Positions 59,213 through 64,000 of a DNA stretch of 64,000 bases are shown in pieces. The notes below the pieces were generated by a model. The model searched no databases. It saw nothing but the letters and a program-made list of their open reading frames with translations, and had not been told where the DNA came from. The stretch covers positions 992,001 to 1,056,000 of the forward strand of contig JAUFOQ010000003.1 in NCBI GenBank assembly GCA_040285855.1, in the 5' to 3' direction. The DNA comes from Eukaryota sp. GEM-RC1 (lineage: Eukaryota). Position numbers and translations under genes: made by a program. Each line of letters starts with the position of its first letter. Position 1 is the first letter of the stretch.

Positions 59213-61560
59213 CTATGGTTGAGGAGCCAATGCTGTTCTCTTTTTGGGCGTCGTTCCAGTAGTTTTCACTTGATTCTGGGATATCAAATGACGGCCAAAT
59301 GCAGCTTCTATTGGCATTCTGTTTGGTTCAATTTTTGCTTTCAAATCATGCGCTACTTCCGTCACATTCGAAGGAACATTTAAGAGAGTTAAGAATTTGC
59401 CACCAGGTAACTGTTTAGGTGATTTCAATTCTGCACCAAAGTTAACAATAACGTAAACTGTTTTGAATCGCTCGTTGATGACATTAGCCATTTTAACATA
59501 TATTGGAGTAGTTGCTTCACGTTTTTTCGAACTCTTGACTTGGACCGCCACACACCCAACATGATGTCCGATGAAGTCTTTAATGTCACTATCGTTAGTC
59601 TTATTTTGGTTCATCAAGGCAACAAGAATTTCAAGTTCAGTTAGATTAACCATTGGAACCAAAAAGTCAACTCCTGGCATTCCTGGAGGTGGCACAAGTA
59701 TTGCACGATGCAAGAAGGCAAGGAAAAGTGTGTTGGTGAAGTGATCTGAATCAAATTGATCCTTCGAAAACGACTGTACTTGGACTGCTCCCATGACCCA
59801 ACCACGAAGGGCTTCAGGACATTCATGTAGGATATCAACCTTTTTAGCTTTGTTCATATAGGTAGTTCCGTTTGCAAGTAAAACATCAAACACTCCAACA
59901 ACGTCCAAATGTCTACCCAAGTCAACCTCATGGCTTGATTGGTGACGATGACAGTAAAGAATTAGAAGTAGGACAGCAGCGTACTCCCAAGCTAAACCTA
60001 AACGAGGTGCATCAAAGGGAAGTGAAAGCGTATGAGTTAACAGTTCACTAACTAATGTTACAGCATCAAAATCCTGGACCATATTCCATAAGGAAGCCGC
60101 CAAAGGAACATCTAAGGGACGGTATATAGTGAGAATTTGTCCTTCTGTTAACACGTCCACAAGAGAAAAGGAAGAAAACATAAGATAATGATCTGTTGCT
60201 GTAGCTAAAGTTTGTTCTGGAATTAGAAGGAAACTCAGCAATGGTCCTAGCCATTCTCGAGGAACCTCAGACCCAAAGCTAAGGCACTGACGAACAATTT
60301 AATCAACGGCCGTTAATAGTTGTTGAGTGGAAACTTCGCTGGAATCGAAAGTATCCAATCGATTGTAGAGTTGATTCCATTTAGGGCGACAGCCTACTAG
60401 TACACTCATAGGGACGAGGTGTGCGTTGAGTTCCTCCCCAACATTTGCGTTAGAATCAGACCAACAGTGAGTGATGGGGTTGATCCATCTTTTTGGTATG
60501 TCACTATCCTCATCAATGCTAGTGACTGAGGGGGTTCGCTGATTTGGATCAGTTAATTGGAGAGTCTTTGGCGTCAAAGCCACTATGCACATAAATGTGA
60601 GGTTCTTATTAGAAAAATACTGCTGAATCAATCTCACGCAGATTACTAGACCTAGGATAAATCACAAATGAAAAAACAGTCATACATTCCCAAAGCGAAA
60701 TATTATACTCAATCTTGGTTGCAACTAATGTATCAACTTCATCAAGTAAAAAGATTGGGCTCTTCTCCACCACGGAGAAATTGGTGGAAATGACGTCTCT
60801 AATGTGCGCAGTGGTACATTGGTCGGGAACTGAAAGCTGTTGCCAAAGATGATAAATGTTGTCATGATGGCTTTTTGATTGACTTACAAAATTCATCTTA
60901 TCACGATTAATCAACATGAGCGAGGAGAAGAGTTGAGCAATGCGGTACACCCCTTGATTGAACGTGCACCCATGGGCAAATAGTGATCTCCAGGAGGTGG
61001 ATGCAGTAGGGAAAGATTCTACTAAGTTAATGCGTCCAAAGGAGAAGTAAAAAGAGCAATCGTGGTGTAGCAGTTTTTGTAGCATTAATCTAGTTTTTCC
61101 AAATCCTATAGTTAAATCAACCGATGTGACAAACCGATTCCAGCAACAATTGGTATTACAAGTGATCGATACGTCTTTAGTGCCTCTTTTACATTAAGTT
61201 GACGCACTTCCTCAAGTGTTTTGTTCATAGTAAACATGGCTGTGGTGTTCATATATGGAGTGGACAGTTGGGGAGTAGTCATGTGAACACTGTGTGGAAA
61301 TGTACTCTCCTCTAGTATCAGAGTTTTGAGATCACCAGGAAATGAAATGACCAATGTAGTATTGACTTTGTTACATGAGACACTTGAATGAGAAGGAAGA
61401 CCGAATTCATCGAGTTTTTGAGTAATTGAGTTCAATGTTTGTTGTTCCAAATGATCAGAATTTTGTGCAATTCCTAGAAGAGCTACTCTAAGACAATTGA
61501 TGGAATCTATGCTGGACAATACATTTGTCAGAGCTTCAAAGAGCTTCTTTTGGACATAGA
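59213..61560 (-). pseudogene. Crinkler/RHS-like P-loop NTPase plus restriction-endonuclease-fold gene with an in-frame stop
   Basis: Intron 61106-61134 yields Walker A AGIGFGKT; Walker B IFLLDEVD; intron 60652-60685; in-frame TAA at 60299-60301; REase-like PGVDFLVP...VAVQVK. Start codon not resolved. Confidence 0.7.
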
Positions 61561-61969
61561 CAGTATGAGTCAGACATTAGCACTGGGTATTTCCAAAGTC
61601 AGGATATCTTGATCTTTAGTACTAGTAGTTGTTCTCTTAATCGGAGTTCTTTCTTCCATTCGGTTCAGCCGGATTCAGGTACTTTGCTCAATAGCCTTGT
61701 ACACTCCAACATAGCAACACTCCAACACTCCAACATATACAAAGTTGGTTTGTATCTCGATTCTTAGTCTCATTAACAAGTGCATATTTCTTTGACAAAC
61801 CGAACACTAACATTGCTAGCACATATCAATACATACTTTGTTGGTCTCAACATGTTTCTTAAGGTGACCATTATCCAAATTATTTTGGTATAAGAAATTT
61901 GTCTGGAAATTGATAACACTGAAAAAAACTGCAAGCGATCTTGATCTTATTCTTTTCCTCTGTCGGTTG

Positions 61970-62314
61970 ATGCGTTTTCTTGTTGTCATATTTCTGTTCG
62001 TTGTGTTTGCCAATTGTACCCTTTATCAAATTCAGGTACACAACAGATCAACTTTCACCATGATCCGTACCTTTTATTCTACAAATAACGGTCGTATCGA
62101 GTCACATCCTCTTCATGCACTAACTTATCTCATGCGGACTAATATGTCCGTCAGTGGTACCTATTCATCATCCACATTGGTCTACACCGCTGATGGTCAG
62201 ACTGCTACAGTTCGATTTGGAAGAGATGGTTGTACATGTCAAGGTTGGGACTGTCGTGTTGACTCTGTCTCTTCTACTTCTTGGAAGATTTACTTTGGTA
62301 AGGCAGTAATGTAG
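61970..62314 (+). CDS. Small secreted beta-rich protein
   Basis: Signal peptide MRFLVVIFLFVVFANC; 114 aa, Thr/Ser-rich, CxC..C near the C-terminus. Confidence 0.7.
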   Translation: MRFLVVIFLFVVFANCTLYQIQVHNRSTFTMIRTFYSTNNGRIESHPLHALTYLMRTNMSVSGTYSSSTLVYTADGQTATVRFGRDGCTCQGWDCRVDSVSSTSWKIYFGKAVM

Positions 62315-62820
62315 TCTTTTGATGTATCATTCATTTAACACTAAACGACTGTAAGCTGCCAACTGGTTTCAGAAACCAATATCCCATTCTCAATGCTATA
62401 GTTATTAGATCTTCTTCCATCAGGAGACTTCATCACTATATTGGTAAATACTTCACAAGCTGATAACCAGTTCTCTAGAGTTATAAGATCAAATATTCCT
62501 AAAATAATGTTCCATATGTATGAGATTACTATTACTGATTTAATTGAATTCTTCCGCACAAGGTCATCGGTCTACTTCTTGGAACTATGGAATGACTACG
62601 TCACCAAATATCTATTATTACCACATATTAGTTCAACACTAAACTAAATATTTTAAACGAAAAGATTGGTGATTTCTCTCTGTTTCGATCGATGACCAAA
62701 TTTATTAAATCAATTATCTAGTAAATTGTATTAAAACTGTGGGCATGATGATCAGGTATTTTTGGTGTCAATCGTTCCAAAAAAAAAGGTCAGTGCGAGT
62801 AGAGATGGGAAAATACTCGA

Positions 62821-63003
62821 GTATGCTTGGGCAAGTTCGCCAACCACCCCGAGCACAATGCGTACTTAAATGACTTCAATGATGTCAACGGGGAAAAGCT
62901 GGTAGGTTTATATGCCCTTAGACCGCTGAAGGACGAGGAAGTTTTCTTGTCTTACGATTGGTACTTTCCAAAGGACAGGAAAGCCATCCCTTGGTTTATG
63001 TAA
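62821..63003 (+). pseudogene. SET-domain C-terminal fragment (absent from the ORF track)
   Basis: LGKFANHPEHNA...VGLYALRPLKDEEVFLSYDW matches the SET motifs RFxNH and EELxxDY. No intact N-terminal half is visible. Confidence 0.7.
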
Positions 63004-63199
63004 TTATTTAGTTTTGTTTTATTCAAATTCTTTTCAATCTTTGAATAAATTTCATTATATATCAGTTTTCTTCTTTTGAATTTTTTTATTTGAAGTTAAA
63101 TTATGGTCATGTGTTGATTGAGCCTTGATCTTTTTCAAATACTTTCTTGGAAACTTCTCAATGATAACCATTTTGATTTGAAAAAACCAATCTAACAAC

Positions 63200-63253
63200 C
63201 AGGGTTGCACAAGATACGTCACGTCACAGTGACGGTGACGTCGCCACTTGGGC
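63200..63253. repeat. Possible hAT terminus with GTCAC/GTGAC motifs
   Basis: CAGGGTTGCAC followed by clustered CGTCAC/GTGACG; no partner end in the window. Confidence 0.35.
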
Positions 63254-63713
63254 ATCTATTTTTGTGGAACAATTCGAATTTTTGTCAAAATATATTTCTG
63301 TAATTTGTATCAGTCACTTAAAGTCAATGGTACCTTGACAAGTATCGATCTTGGATCAGTTTTCTATTCAAAGATTGTACTTTGGTCAGTGTCGACGAAG
63401 AAGAAGATCTAGTGGTTTAACGAACGAACTTTTCGTTCATTTACATTGATGAAAAGAATATATAGAAGATTATTGGATCAAAGAAGAAACAAAAAACTAG
63501 CAGAATATAGCTATAAAATTTATATAAACACCTCTAGAAAGTTCAAGAATTAAATTATCGAATATATTACATCTTGTCAAAAATTCAAATTAAAAACAAA
63601 CAAGTACAAGTTAAATAAAAAACAAATTCATAATTCCGAGAATATAGAAAAGCAAAGCTGAATAAAATGCCAATCAATACTTCCAATAAAATACAAATAC
63701 ACAAATAATTAAA

Positions 63714-64000
63714 TTAAATTTCAAATATTCCACCATTAAGACTCGAGCTCTTTGAAGCAGAATCTCGAATCATATTAAGTTGCCTCAAAGATTTATCCAA
63801 TCTAATCTGAGACAAATTCCAATCATCATCGTCATCAGAATCAATAGAAAAGCTCGAGATCCGACTCTCATCAGCCAACTCAAACTTTGGCACTGACAAT
63901 GACCTGCTCCTATACGAAGGAGATCTACTAGGAGACTTTGTGGGAGATCTTGTAGGAGACCTACTTGCTGATTGTATTAGTGGTTTAGTTGATCTAAAGT
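63714..64000 (-). CDS. 3' end of a gene entering from the right (Ser/Pro/Arg-rich tail)
   Basis: The frame is open from the window edge: ...SRSPTRSPTKSPSRSPSYRSRSLSVPKFEL...GGIFEI*. Confidence 0.65.
   Translation of the reverse strand, partial: FRSTKPLIQSASRSPTRSPTKSPSRSPSYRSRSLSVPKFELADESRISSFSIDSDDDDDWNLSQIRLDKSLRQLNMIRDSASKSSSLNGGIFEI

Noticed and set aside
60299..60301. In-frame TAA as evidence of a TAR=Gln genetic code, as in hexamitid diplomonads
   Set aside because: Conserved genes here end at TAA (RPS6, FEN1) or TAG (RPS27, U1A/U2B''), and no other conserved gene has an internal TAR.

Overview
AT-rich, compact nuclear genome of a flagellated eukaryotic microbe. Ciliary transition-zone genes, an Fe-dependent ADH and 27-36 nt spliceosomal introns suggest an anaerobic, possibly metamonad-like protist; the taxon is inferred, not shown. 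Dense gene islands (ACSL, PLD3, AAAP transporter, EGF/CUB-TM-U-box, NUP155, Fe-ADH, HD phosphoesterase, RAD1, RPS6, NCBP1, two MSC-like membrane proteins, CARMIL-like LRR, U1A/U2B'', TMEM17/216, CPBP protease, RPS27, Elongin A, ALG2, FEN1, TPR, CC2D2A) and two identical tRNA-Pro(TGG) genes alternate with transposon graveyards. These hold nested hAT and Tc1/pogo derivatives and at least 9 fragments of a CRE-like RLE non-LTR retrotransposon. Many conserved genes are broken by single-base indels in homopolymers, most likely long-read consensus errors. The most notable observations are: (1) a receptor-like EGF/CUB-TM-U-box ubiquitin ligase; (2) a bacterial HD-Pnk-like end-healing enzyme with an intact phosphatase site but no kinase P-loop; (3) a retrotransposon family ending in oligo(T) rather than poly(A); (4) tiny introns with a positionally fixed branch point (TnAYnnnAG); (5) a Crinkler/RHS-type NTPase-REase gene next to a small secreted protein; (6) a TOP/TCT-like motif shared by both ribosomal protein genes. 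All calls come from manual motif reading; no searches were run.
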